NCBI GenBank assembly: GCA_030700065.1
Contig: JAUYKH010000003.1
Span: forward strand, 2,876 to 66,875
DNA length: 64,000 bases
Source of the DNA: a bacterium
GTDB lineage: Bacteria; Patescibacteriota; Doudnabacteria; UBA920; 2-01-FULL-46-14
Direction of reading: 5' to 3'
Part shown: positions 10,080 to 19,542 of the stretch, in pieces
How positions within the stretch are numbered: the first letter of the stretch is position 1
Layout of the letters: each line of letters begins with the position of its first letter
Translations under genes and position numbers: made by a program
Notes under the pieces: generated by a model
Database searches by the model: none
The model's input: the letters and a program-made list of their open reading frames with translations, nothing else
Told to the model about the DNA's origin: nothing

Positions 10080-13000
10080 ATGACCCATAAAAGCTCCGAA
10101 TTCAAGGCTGTCCAGATCAAACTCGCTTCCCACGAGCAGATTTTGGAGTGGTCCTACGGCGAAGTGACCAAGCCGGAGACGATCAACTACCGGACCCAGC
10201 GGCCGGAAAAAGACGGGCTGTTCGACGAGAAAATTTTCGGTCCGGTCAAAGATTGGGAATGCTATTGCGGGAAATACAAACGAATCCGCTACAAGGGAAT
10301 TATTTGCGATAAATGCGGGGTGGAAGTCACCCGCGCCCAGGTTCGGCGCGAGCGAATGGGACACATTGGTTTGGCGGTTCCGGTCGCGCACATCTGGTTT
10401 TTCCGCGGCGTCCCGTCGCGTCTCGGCCTGATTTTGAATTTATCGGTTCAGGATTTGGAAAAGGTGATTTATTTTGCGTCTTACATCATCACGCACGTCA
10501 ACGATGACGCCCGAGCCGAAACCCTGGCGCAGATCGAGAGGGAGTTTAAGATAAAAAAGAAAGAGATCGAAGATCGCTACGCAAAAATTTTGCAGCGTTT
10601 GAAGTCTCCCAAAGCGAAAGAGGAGGATCAAGGCCAGGATGCCGACAAACTCCAGGACAATATGACGCATGAGATCACAAACCTGGAGCGAATTCGGGAC
10701 TTGGCCCGCTCCGAGCTTCGTTCTTTGAAGAAAATGCAGGTTATTTCCGAACTCGAATATCGCGATTTGTCTCTCAAGTACGGCCCTGTCTTCAAGGCCG
10801 GCATTGGCGCGGAAGCCATAAATCAGCTCGTGAAAGAAGTGAATTTGGAACAGCTGATGGCCGATTGCGAAGGGGAGCTCAAGGTCACCGAGGGCGCGTC
10901 GAGACGCAAAATTATCAAGCGTTTAAAACTTGCCAAGTCATTGCTTAAAGCGGGATTGCGGCCAGAATGGATGCTCATTTCCGCCCTGCCGGTGATCCCG
11001 CCGGATTTGCGGCCAATGGTCCAGCTTGACGGCGGCCGGTTTGCCGCGTCTGACCTGAATGATCTGTATCGCCGGGTAATCAACAGGAATAACCGCCTGA
11101 AACGGCTTCTGGAAATCAATGCTCCCGAAGTCATCACGAGGAACGAGAAACGGATGCTCCAGGAGGCGGTGGATGCCCTGATTGACAATTCCATGCGGCA
11201 CGGCAAGGAGGTTACGGCCTCGACCGGTCAGCGCCGGAAACTGCGGGCGCTGGCAGACATGCTCAAAGGCAAACAGGGGCGTTTCCGTCAGAATTTGCTC
11301 GGTAAAAGAGTGGACTATTCCGGCCGGTCGGTCATCGTGGTCGGGCCGGAGCTGAAACTCAATCAATGCGGCCTGCCGAAGCGCATGGCCTTGGAATTAT
11401 TTAAACCTTTTGTTATTTCCAAACTGATTTCCCGCGAATACGCGCATAATGTGCGTTCTGCCAATCGGCTGATTGAACAGGAACGGGCCGAAGTCTATGA
11501 CATTCTCGAAGAGGTGACCCAAGGGCATTATGTGCTCCTAAATCGCGCCCCGACCCTGCACCGTTTGGGTTTTCAGGCATTTCAGCCGGTTTTGATCGAA
11601 GGGAAAGCCATTCAGATTCATCCGATGGTTTGTCAGGCATTCAACGCGGATTTTGACGGCGACCAGATGGCCGTCCACGTGCCCCTCACCGCGAGCGCGC
11701 AGCATGAGGCCAAGGAACTGATGGCCTCGGCCAAAAATTTATTAAAGCCGGCCAGCGGCGAGCCGATCATGACCCCGGACAAGGATGTCGTTTTGGGCTG
11801 TTATTATATTACCCACATTCAGGAAGGGGCCCACGGCGAGAACAAATTATTCGGCAGCATCAACGAAGCCATCCTGGCGCATCAATCCAAGGTCGTCTCG
11901 CTCAAGGCGAGGGTCAAGGTACGTATCAAAGGGGAATTGATCGAGACTTGCGTCGGACGGATTCTTCTCAACAATCTATTGCCGGAAGAGATGCGGTTCA
12001 TCAATGAAGTCATGGACAAGAAGCGCCTGCGGAGCATCATACGCGAATGCTACCGGCAGTTGGGGACCGAACGCACCGCGCAACTGGTGGACGACATTAA
12101 AAAATTGGGGTTTTTGCAGCTGACACAATCGGGGTTGTCCTGGGGGATGGACGATTTGCGGGTGCCTGCGATCAAATATGAATTGCTGAAGAAGGCGGAC
12201 GAGGAAGTCCAGCAGACGTATCGGCAGTATCGCGAGGGATTGTTGACGGAAAACGAGCGTTACAATCGTGTTGTGGAGATTTGGATGGAAACCCAGGGGA
12301 AGATAACCGACCAGGTTACAAAATCACTGGATCCCGAGGGTTCGGTGTACTCGATGGTTGTTTCGGGCGCGCGGGGATCGCTTTCCCAGGTGTCCCAGAT
12401 GACCGGCATGAAAGGCCTGGTCGTAAACCCGGCCGGGGATATTATCGAATTGCCGGTCAGAGACAGTTTTAAAGAAGGGTTAAGCATTCTCGAATATTTC
12501 ATCTCGACTCATGGTTCCAGAAAAGGCATGAGTGATACGGCGCTTCGAACCGCGGATGCGGGGTACCTGACCCGCCGTCTGGTGGACGTGGCGCAGGACG
12601 TGGTCATCAATGAAGAAGATTGCGGCACGAAGACGGGCGTTGTCATCTCCCGCAAAGACACTGAAAGCATCGGCAAAACCATGGCCGAGCGGTTGTTCGG
12701 ACGAGTTCTGGCCGCCGACGTTTCAGATCCAAAGACAAAAAAAGTTTTGGCGCCAAAAGGGAAGCCGATAGACGACATCTTGGGCCAAAGTCTGGATAAG
12801 CACGAAGTCGAAGAAGTGGTTGTTCGTTCAGTGATGCATTGTGTTCTGAACCGCGGGGTTTGCGCGGCCTGCTACGGTTTCGACCTCGGATTCAATAGAA
12901 TGGTGGATTTGGGGACCGCGGTCGGGATAATCGCGGCGCAGGCCATTGGCGAGCCGGGAACGCAACTGACCATGAGAACCTTCCATACCGGCGGAGTCGC

Positions 13001-13940
13001 CGGACTCGATATTACGCAAGGCCTGCCGCGAGTCGAGGAATTGTTTGAGGCCCGGTCTCCCAAAGGCCAGGCCGTGGTTTCGGAAATTGACGGCATTGCT
13101 TACATATCCAAAGTGTCGGACAAAGAAATAATTTTACGGATAGAATCGGCCGATATTCAGAAAGACGAATATCTCCTTCCTTCGGGGAAACCCCAGATCC
13201 TGGATGGCGAAAAGGTCAAAAAAGGCGAGCCGATTTTGATTGATGAGCAAGGGGAAGTGGTGAGAGCAAAAGAGTCGGGAATTGTCAAAATTCAGCAGGA
13301 AGACGGTCAGAGGAAAATTGTGGTCATCCGGGAAGCGGAAAATTTTCGGGAATACGCCGTGCCCGCGAGCGTCAATCTGGCGATTCAGGATCGCGACCTC
13401 GTGGTAAAAGGGCAGCAGCTTTCCGAAGGAAATTTGAACCTTCACCAGATTATGCAGCTTCGCGGCATTCCCGAGTGCCAGTCCTACATCATTCGCGAGG
13501 TTCAGAACATTTATTCTTCCCAGGGGCAGAATATCGCGGAAAAACATATTGAAATCATCGTTCGTCAGATATTCTCCAAAGTCCGCGTCGCGGACGTTGG
13601 AGATTCGGAATTTTTGGTTGGAGACGTGGTTGAGCGGCTCAAGCTTGCCGAAATCAACCGAAAGCTGGCGAAAAACAAAGCGAAGCTCGTACAAATCGAG
13701 CCCCTGCTCATGGGCATCACCAAATCCTCGCTCAACACCGAATCATTCCTGGCGGCCGCTTCCTTCCAGGAAACGACCCGCGTGCTCATCGAAGCCGCCG
13801 TAACGGCCAAGACCGACCATCTGCGGGGCCTCAAGGAAAATGTGATCATCGGCAAACTCATTCCGGCCGGAACGGGGTTTAGCAAAGAACGGCTTCGGCA
13901 AATCGAGGATCAGATCGTGGTCGCAGAAGATGTCGAATAG
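10080..13940 (+). CDS. rpoC: DNA-directed RNA polymerase subunit beta'
   Basis: The 1286-aa ORF carries the zinc-finger motif CYCGKYKRIRYKGIICDKCGVEV and the catalytic NADFDGDQMAVHVP motif. Confidence 0.97.
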   Translation: MTHKSSEFKAVQIKLASHEQILEWSYGEVTKPETINYRTQRPEKDGLFDEKIFGPVKDWECYCGKYKRIRYKGIICDKCGVEVTRAQVRRERMGHIGLAVPVAHIWFFRGVPSRLGLILNLSVQDLEKVIYFASYIITHVNDDARAETLAQIEREFKIKKKEIEDRYAKILQRLKSPKAKEEDQGQDADKLQDNMTHEITNLERIRDLARSELRSLKKMQVISELEYRDLSLKYGPVFKAGIGAEAINQLVKEVNLEQLMADCEGELKVTEGASRRKIIKRLKLAKSLLKAGLRPEWMLISALPVIPPDLRPMVQLDGGRFAASDLNDLYRRVINRNNRLKRLLEINAPEVITRNEKRMLQEAVDALIDNSMRHGKEVTASTGQRRKLRALADMLKGKQGRFRQNLLGKRVDYSGRSVIVVGPELKLNQCGLPKRMALELFKPFVISKLISREYAHNVRSANRLIEQERAEVYDILEEVTQGHYVLLNRAPTLHRLGFQAFQPVLIEGKAIQIHPMVCQAFNADFDGDQMAVHVPLTASAQHEAKELMASAKNLLKPASGEPIMTPDKDVVLGCYYITHIQEGAHGENKLFGSINEAILAHQSKVVSLKARVKVRIKGELIETCVGRILLNNLLPEEMRFINEVMDKKRLRSIIRECYRQLGTERTAQLVDDIKKLGFLQLTQSGLSWGMDDLRVPAIKYELLKKADEEVQQTYRQYREGLLTENERYNRVVEIWMETQGKITDQVTKSLDPEGSVYSMVVSGARGSLSQVSQMTGMKGLVVNPAGDIIELPVRDSFKEGLSILEYFISTHGSRKGMSDTALRTADAGYLTRRLVDVAQDVVINEEDCGTKTGVVISRKDTESIGKTMAERLFGRVLAADVSDPKTKKVLAPKGKPIDDILGQSLDKHEVEEVVVRSVMHCVLNRGVCAACYGFDLGFNRMVDLGTAVGIIAAQAIGEPGTQLTMRTFHTGGVAGLDITQGLPRVEELFEARSPKGQAVVSEIDGIAYISKVSDKEIILRIESADIQKDEYLLPSGKPQILDGEKVKKGEPILIDEQGEVVRAKESGIVKIQQEDGQRKIVVIREAENFREYAVPASVNLAIQDRDLVVKGQQLSEGNLNLHQIMQLRGIPECQSYIIREVQNIYSSQGQNIAEKHIEIIVRQIFSKVRVADVGDSEFLVGDVVERLKLAEINRKLAKNKAKLVQIEPLLMGITKSSLNTESFLAAASFQETTRVLIEAAVTAKTDHLRGLKENVIIGKLIPAGTGFSKERLRQIEDQIVVAEDVE

Positions 13941-13942
13941 TT

Positions 13943-16600
13943 TTATTTCAGCGATTTGATTTTGGCCTGGAGTTTGGTTTGCCGATCTTTCGCCGTTTCA
14001 AAATCGGCTTTGATTTTTTCGACTATTTCGGGCGGGGCTTTCTTGAGAAAGTCCTTTTTGGCCAATTGGGTTTCAAGTCTCTTTACGATTTCGTCCGTTT
14101 CTTTCAGGATTTTTTCGGTCAGCACCAGCTCTTTTTTCGGGTCAAAGCCTGGAATAATGAGGTAAACCCTGGTCCCTTCCCAGAGAGAGTATGGCATTTT
14201 TTTGGTTTCATCGATGCTTTCAAAATTCAGCTTGACTCGGGCGAGCTTTTCTATGATAGATGTTTGCTCTTTTATCCAGGAAAGGCGTTTTGGCAATTCC
14301 AAATAAGAAGAGAAAATTTCTTTTGGATCTTGGCGGTATTCGGCGCGTATGTTTCTCAAATCGGTGACTAAATCCCGCAAGGTTTGCATTTTTTTCCCAA
14401 CTTCTAACTTCAAACTTCTAACCTCCAACACGGGGTATTCTTGAATCATCAGGGATTCTTTGGAAAATTGGGACCAGATGTGTTCAGAAACAAAAGGAAT
14501 AAACGGGTGCCAAAGTTTGAGAAGCACGGCCAGAACATACGGTAAAATCTCTTGACTATTTGATCTTTGATCTTTGATTTTTGATATTTCTATGTACCAG
14601 TCCGCGAGGTCATTCCAGGTAAATTTGAGAAGCTCCTCCCCGGCACCGCCAAAATCCAGTTTTTTCAATTTTTCGTCAACATCAGAGGCGACCTCAACCA
14701 TCCTGCCAAGGATCCATTCATCGGCCAGGGTCTCGGCTTTGGGGGTCTCCGATTTTTCGTTAATTTTTACGGTTCCCAGGATATACCGGGAAATGTTCCA
14801 AAATTTATTAACAAAATTTCTAAAGGATTGAATTTTGGTTTCGTCAATTTTGAGATCATTGCCGGGACTGATGCCAATGCACAAAGAGAGCCGCAATGCA
14901 TCCGCCCCGTATTTTTGGATGATTTCCAAAGGACTCATGGCATTGCCTTTGGATTTGCTCATTTTTTTGCCCTGCGCATCCCGAACCAGGCCGTGTAGAT
15001 AGACAGTTCGAAACGGAATATCATCAATTGCGTATCCGGTCATCAGCACCATTCTCGCCACCCAGAAAAACAGAATGTCATACCCGGTTTCGAGAACAGT
15101 GGTGGGATGGTAAGTTTTGAGGTCGGGAGTTTCGGCGGGCCAGCCCAGAGTTGAAAAAGTCCACAGGCTGGAAGAGAACCAGGTATCGAGAGTGTCCGGA
15201 TCCTGGGTCAAAGCGGTACTCTGACAAGACTTGCATTTCGCCAGCGCATCAACCTCGACCGTTATTTCGCCGCAGTTTCCGCAGTACCAGACCGGGATGC
15301 GGTGGCCAAACCAGATTTGGCGAGAGATGCACCAGTCTTTGAGGTTCTCCATCCATTGGAGATAAGTTTTCTCAAACTTTTTCGGGACAATTTTTATCGA
15401 TCCGGTTTTGACTGCCTGCGCGGCGATTTCTTTAAGTGAAAATTTTCTGCCGGGGATTTTCTGGTTGACGCTGACGAACCATTGTTTGGAAACCATGGGC
15501 TCCACTATATCGCCGGAGCGGTAGCAGTAGCCGACGTTGTGAGGGAGGTCTTCCGTTTTTTCCAGGTACCCCCCCTCTTTTAGTTCTTCAATGATTTTGC
15601 CGCGCGCTTCTTCGGCGGTCAGATTGGCATACTCCTCAAAGCCGTGATCGGATGATTCCTTTTCATCTACCCTCCCGTCCGGAGTGAACATATTGATGAT
15701 TGGCAGCCGATGCTTTTGCCCGATTTCGAAATCCAGAGGATCGTGGCCCGGGGTAATTTTCAAAACCCCGGTCCCGAAATCGCAGTCCACCCGTTCGTCG
15801 GCGATCACGACAAGTTCCCGATTGACCAGGGGGAGCATAATATTTTTTCCGACATATTTTTTGTAGCGGCTGTCTTTGGGATTTACTGCCACTGCGGTGT
15901 CCGCCAGCATTGTCTCCGGTCGAGTGGTGGCAATGGTCAACCCCCCTTTCTGTTTGCTGAATGGATATCGGATATAGTAGAGCTGTCCCGCGACCGGATG
16001 GTATTCCACCTCGTCATTAGCCAGGGTGGTCCCGCACCCCGAACACCAATTTACAATGCGTTCTCCTCGGTAGATGAGTTTATCATCATAAAGTTTTTTG
16101 AAGATTGTCCGAACGGCAAGGGAAAGCTCGGGTGAGAGCGTGTACTTTTCGCGGGACCAGTCGCAGGACGCGCCCATTTTGCGAACGGCGGTTTGAATAC
16201 TCCCCCGCGTTTTTTCGACGAATTCATTAATTCGTTTCAAAAGTTCCTCGCGACCAAGGTCGTGGCGATTCTTCTTTTCCGTTTCCCAGATTTTTCGCTC
16301 CACCACGTTTTGGGTGGCGATGGCCGCGTGGTCAGTGCCGGGAAGCCAGAGCGTTTTTTTGCCGGACATCCTCGACCATCTCGCGAGAATATCCTGAACA
16401 GTCAGAAACAGGGCGTGGCCCATATGCAACTCCCCGGTCGCGTTCGGGGGCGGCATTGACATGGAAAATACCCCGGCTTTCCAATATCGGTCCGAGGCGG
16501 TCTCCAGGTTATCAGGATTAAATAAACCGGAAGCTTCCCATTTCTGATAGATATCATTTTCTACCGGGCCGGGTAGGTAGGTTTTTGGAATTTCTTTCAT
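13943..16600 (-). CDS. valS: valine--tRNA ligase
   Basis: The 885-aa ORF has the class I HIGH motif PPPNATGELHMGHAL and the KMSKSKGN motif, with a coiled-coil C-terminus. Confidence 0.95.
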   Translation of the reverse strand: MKEIPKTYLPGPVENDIYQKWEASGLFNPDNLETASDRYWKAGVFSMSMPPPNATGELHMGHALFLTVQDILARWSRMSGKKTLWLPGTDHAAIATQNVVERKIWETEKKNRHDLGREELLKRINEFVEKTRGSIQTAVRKMGASCDWSREKYTLSPELSLAVRTIFKKLYDDKLIYRGERIVNWCSGCGTTLANDEVEYHPVAGQLYYIRYPFSKQKGGLTIATTRPETMLADTAVAVNPKDSRYKKYVGKNIMLPLVNRELVVIADERVDCDFGTGVLKITPGHDPLDFEIGQKHRLPIINMFTPDGRVDEKESSDHGFEEYANLTAEEARGKIIEELKEGGYLEKTEDLPHNVGYCYRSGDIVEPMVSKQWFVSVNQKIPGRKFSLKEIAAQAVKTGSIKIVPKKFEKTYLQWMENLKDWCISRQIWFGHRIPVWYCGNCGEITVEVDALAKCKSCQSTALTQDPDTLDTWFSSSLWTFSTLGWPAETPDLKTYHPTTVLETGYDILFFWVARMVLMTGYAIDDIPFRTVYLHGLVRDAQGKKMSKSKGNAMSPLEIIQKYGADALRLSLCIGISPGNDLKIDETKIQSFRNFVNKFWNISRYILGTVKINEKSETPKAETLADEWILGRMVEVASDVDEKLKKLDFGGAGEELLKFTWNDLADWYIEISKIKDQRSNSQEILPYVLAVLLKLWHPFIPFVSEHIWSQFSKESLMIQEYPVLEVRSLKLEVGKKMQTLRDLVTDLRNIRAEYRQDPKEIFSSYLELPKRLSWIKEQTSIIEKLARVKLNFESIDETKKMPYSLWEGTRVYLIIPGFDPKKELVLTEKILKETDEIVKRLETQLAKKDFLKKAPPEIVEKIKADFETAKDRQTKLQAKIKSLK

Positions 16601-16641
16601 GCGAGTATTTTAACATAATTGGCGGGATTTTTATATTGTTT

Positions 16642-17700
16642 TTAGGCCCAGCTTTTAAGTTCAAGATTCGGGTTGGCCCGAACCTTGTGAAGAGTGGCAA
16701 AATGGCCGGCGCTGGCGTGGTGATACGCGGCAAGAGCGATCATGCCGGCGTTGTCAGTAGTCAATTTAGAATGTGGAATATAGAATTTAGAATGTGGAAG
16801 GTTAAGCTTCAGTTCTCGTTTCAGGGTTTGTTGGAGTTTTTGGTTTGCGGCGACACCGCCACCGAGAAGAATAGTTTTGACTTTGAATTTTTTTGCGGCA
16901 CGAAGGGTTTTGGCGACTAGCACGTCAACAATCGCATGCTCCACAGACGCGGCAATATCGGCTTTGAGTTTATGGCTTGCGGTTTTTATTTTTCTGCGCA
17001 TAAGCATATAAAGCACGGCGGTCTTCAAACCCGAAAAAGAGAAATTGAAATTGTTTTGTTCAAGCATGGGCCTTGGGAAATCAAAAGCCTTGGCATTGCC
17101 TTTCGCGGCAAGCTTCGCGATGGCCGGCCCTCCCGGATAGGGCAGGCTTAAAATTTTCGCGATTTTGTCAAAAGCCTCGCCCGCCGCATCATCGACAGTT
17201 TGGCCCAAGATTTTGTACCGCCCGACTTTTTTCACAAGGACGAGCATTGTGTGTCCGCCCGAAACGATCAGCCCCAAGGCAGGGAAGCTTATGGCTCGTA
17301 GGTGGTAGCTTGCAGGGAGAGCGGACAAGAGATGGCCTTCCAAATGATTGATGGGGATAATTGGTACATTTAAGGCGAAGCCGAGGGCTTTGGCGGTGTC
17401 AACGCCTGTCATGAGCGAAGTGATCAGGCCCGGCCCCGCGGTTACTGCGATGCCGTTTATTTCCCGCAGAGTAATGTTGGCGTTCTTCAAGGCCAATTTT
17501 ATCGCGGGGAGAATTTTGGGAATATGGGCGCGCGCCGCCATTTCCGGGACAATGCCGCCGGTTTTTCGGTGCAGCGCGATTTGAGAGTAGATGACGTTGC
17601 TCCTCAATTCAAGTTTACCGCGAACGGCTTTGAGTACCGCCGCGCTGGTCTCGTCCGCGGAAGTTTCGATTGCCAGGACAATAATTATTTTTGTACTCAT
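16642..17700 (-). CDS. tsaD: tRNA N6-adenosine threonylcarbamoyltransferase
   Basis: The 352-aa ORF matches the Kae1/TsaD family (ILAIETSADETSAAVL, GVAANQKL). It contains a tandem in-frame 15-nt duplication near the C-terminus. Confidence 0.9.
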   Translation of the reverse strand: MSTKIIIVLAIETSADETSAAVLKAVRGKLELRSNVIYSQIALHRKTGGIVPEMAARAHIPKILPAIKLALKNANITLREINGIAVTAGPGLITSLMTGVDTAKALGFALNVPIIPINHLEGHLLSALPASYHLRAISFPALGLIVSGGHTMLVLVKKVGRYKILGQTVDDAAGEAFDKIAKILSLPYPGGPAIAKLAAKGNAKAFDFPRPMLEQNNFNFSFSGLKTAVLYMLMRRKIKTASHKLKADIAASVEHAIVDVLVAKTLRAAKKFKVKTILLGGGVAANQKLQQTLKRELKLNLPHSKFYIPHSKLTTDNAGMIALAAYHHASAGHFATLHKVRANPNLELKSWA

Positions 17701-18383
17701 TTAGTCAATTGTTTTAACCTTTTTCTGAAAAGATAAAACAAAACTCCGACCATCAAGACGGCAATTGCCGCGAGGATAAAAAAAATTTCTTTTTCGCGGT
17801 TGACAAACGCTTCGCTGGCGTAAACAATGAATATCCCGTAGGGCAGTTCCGCGAGGGTAGTCACTAAAAGATATTTCCAAAAATGATAGCGAAGAATACC
17901 AAAGATGTAGCCCGTTTCCGAAGGAGTGGCCAGACGGAAAAGCAGGACCAGGTAGAACTCCATCTGGTTCGCGATTTTGTGAATCCACGAATCCAGTTTC
18001 TCCGAAGAAATGATCCGGCTGACAATCGGAAACCCCAGGTAGCGGCCGATGCCATAGGCGGCGGCTCCGCCGAGCATCCATCCGGTCATCAGAAAGAGAA
18101 AAGTTAAGGCCGTGCCCCAGATAAGTACTGCGGCGGGCACCAGCGGTACGCTTGAAAACGGCGAGAGCATGGCCGAGAGCGCGGTTAGACCGATGAAAAC
18201 GGAAATTCCAATGGCGCGGTGACTTTGGATGTATTTTTCAACCGCCCCCACAGAATTCAAAAAAACATCCTGAAAATAAGAGGAGGACCAGAAGATGATT
18301 ATAAGAGCGATTAAAAAAATTAGGACGAAAAGCTGTTTTTTGCTCACCCTTTTAGAAATCCTTATTGTTGTAAATGTAAGCAT
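17697..18383 (-). CDS. DedA/VTT-domain family membrane protein
   Basis: The 228-aa multi-TM protein resembles DedA-like proteins. It overlaps the tsaD start by 4 nt. Confidence 0.55.
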   Translation of the reverse strand: MLTFTTIRISKRVSKKQLFVLIFLIALIIIFWSSSYFQDVFLNSVGAVEKYIQSHRAIGISVFIGLTALSAMLSPFSSVPLVPAAVLIWGTALTFLFLMTGWMLGGAAAYGIGRYLGFPIVSRIISSEKLDSWIHKIANQMEFYLVLLFRLATPSETGYIFGILRYHFWKYLLVTTLAELPYGIFIVYASEAFVNREKEIFFILAAIAVLMVGVLFYLFRKRLKQLTK

Positions 18384-18407
18384 GATTTACCCGCCTAGAA
18401 AATCAAT

Positions 18408-18445
18408 AAAAAGCCGCCTCTCAAACTTCGCTCGAGGCGGCTTTG
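18408..18445 (-). terminator. bidirectional terminator hairpin (11-bp stem AAAGCCGCCTC / GAGGCGGCTTT)
   Basis: A perfect inverted repeat lies downstream of the DUF378 gene. Confidence 0.5.
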
Positions 18446-18462
18446 AAAAGCCAAGCTTAGGT

Positions 18463-18693
18463 TTAGACTGCTGGCCGCCCCATATCAGCACCAGATTTGT
18501 TTCGTCCCATGGTTAACAGTTCATACACTGCGGACAGCCCTACCAAAATATAGATAATTTTTGAAACTGTCGCTGTCTGCCCGCCAAAAAGATCGCCAAT
18601 GTCCCAATTAAAAATGGCCAAAACAAGCCAATTGAGCCCGCCAATGGCCAACAATGCAAAAGTCACCGTGTGTAGCCCCTTCATGTGCTTCAC
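18463..18693 (-). CDS. DUF378 family small membrane protein
   Basis: The 76-aa ORF carries LLAIGGLNWLVLAIFNWDIGDLFGG and IIYILVGLSAVYEL, typical of DUF378. Confidence 0.6.
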   Translation of the reverse strand: MKHMKGLHTVTFALLAIGGLNWLVLAIFNWDIGDLFGGQTATVSKIIYILVGLSAVYELLTMGRNKSGADMGRPAV

Positions 18694-18720
18694 CCCCTCT
18701 CATGGCCACTATAGCAGATT

Positions 18721-18788
18721 TTCACCCCGTTACCAACCGAAAGTAGTAACGCGCGGGGGGTGACAATTGTCAATGGTAACGGGGTGAA
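18721..18788. promoter_or_regulatory. 15-bp perfect inverted repeat (TTCACCCCGTTACCA / TGGTAACGGGGTGAA) enclosing the palindrome TGACAATTGTCA
   Basis: Seen directly in the sequence. It lies between the yggT-like stop and the DUF378 start. Confidence 0.4.
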
Positions 18789-18801
18789 TTAATTTCACAA
18801 A

Positions 18802-19143
18802 CTAGGCGTGAATTTCGGGATGATGCGTCGATTCGTGGGTAAAATACAGCAAACGGATCAGAAAATAGCCGATCAGGGCGTAGATCAGCATGGCAAACAA
18901 AGTTGTAAACTCAATGACAAAACCTTGAATGCTTGCCGGGGAAGGAAATATCCCCCGGAAGGGCGCAAGCAAGGGCTGGCTCGTGTCATACACCCAATTT
19001 ACAAAGGGCGCTTGGGCGCTGGCCCCGAAAAGACGCAGAATGAACCGCAACCCGAGGACCACTTCAACAAGTCCGAAGACAAAGTTGATTAGAAAAGTAA
19101 AATTTTTCATAACATCACCTCCCTTTACCATGGAGTATAGCAA
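18802..19143 (-). CDS. YggT-family membrane protein (putative)
   Basis: The 113-aa two-TM protein has a weak YggT-like pattern. Confidence 0.4.
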   Translation of the reverse strand: MLYSMVKGGDVMKNFTFLINFVFGLVEVVLGLRFILRLFGASAQAPFVNWVYDTSQPLLAPFRGIFPSPASIQGFVIEFTTLFAMLIYALIGYFLIRLLYFTHESTHHPEIHA

Positions 19144-19173
19144 AGGGGACTGAAAAAATTATGAAGATCGATT

Positions 19174-19542
19174 CTAGTGAACGGCGTATCTTTGCGCCAA
19201 CATGAGGAGCGCTTTCAAATCGAAAGGTTTGGCCAAAAAATCAGCCGCGCCGACTTCCCGCGCGATTTCCGCGAGATCATTGTGCGCCGAAACGATTACG
19301 ACAGGAATATTCCTTGTTTGTTCATCTGCTTTCAAAAGCCGGGTCACTTTCGCCCCATCCATTTCCCCTGGTATCCACAAATCCAAAAAGATAAGAGCGG
19401 GGCTGATTTCTTTTGTCTTTTCCAAAACCATCTCCCCTTTATCACAAATCCAAACGGCGTATCCTTCGCTTTCCAGGATGGTTTTTATGAGCTCGACTAT
19501 GCCGGGGTCGTCCTCCACAATCAAGATTTGTTTCGTATTCAT
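19174..19542 (-). CDS. stand-alone response regulator receiver domain (CheY-like)
   Basis: The sequence ILIVEDDPGIVELI ... FLDLWIPGEMDG ... PVVIVSAHND ... FLAKPFD identifies a receiver domain. The start overlaps the kinase stop by 4 nt. Confidence 0.85.
   Translation of the reverse strand: MNTKQILIVEDDPGIVELIKTILESEGYAVWICDKGEMVLEKTKEISPALIFLDLWIPGEMDGAKVTRLLKADEQTRNIPVVIVSAHNDLAEIAREVGAADFLAKPFDLKALLMLAQRYAVH

Noticed and set aside
14390-14600. Short tandem DNA repeats (CTTCTAAC units; TTGATCTTTGATCTTTGATTTTTGAT) that looked CRISPR- or microsatellite-like
   Set aside because: They lie inside valS on the coding strand. They encode EVRSLKLEVGKK and IKDQRS low-complexity segments of the protein. 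No spacer-repeat periodicity is present.
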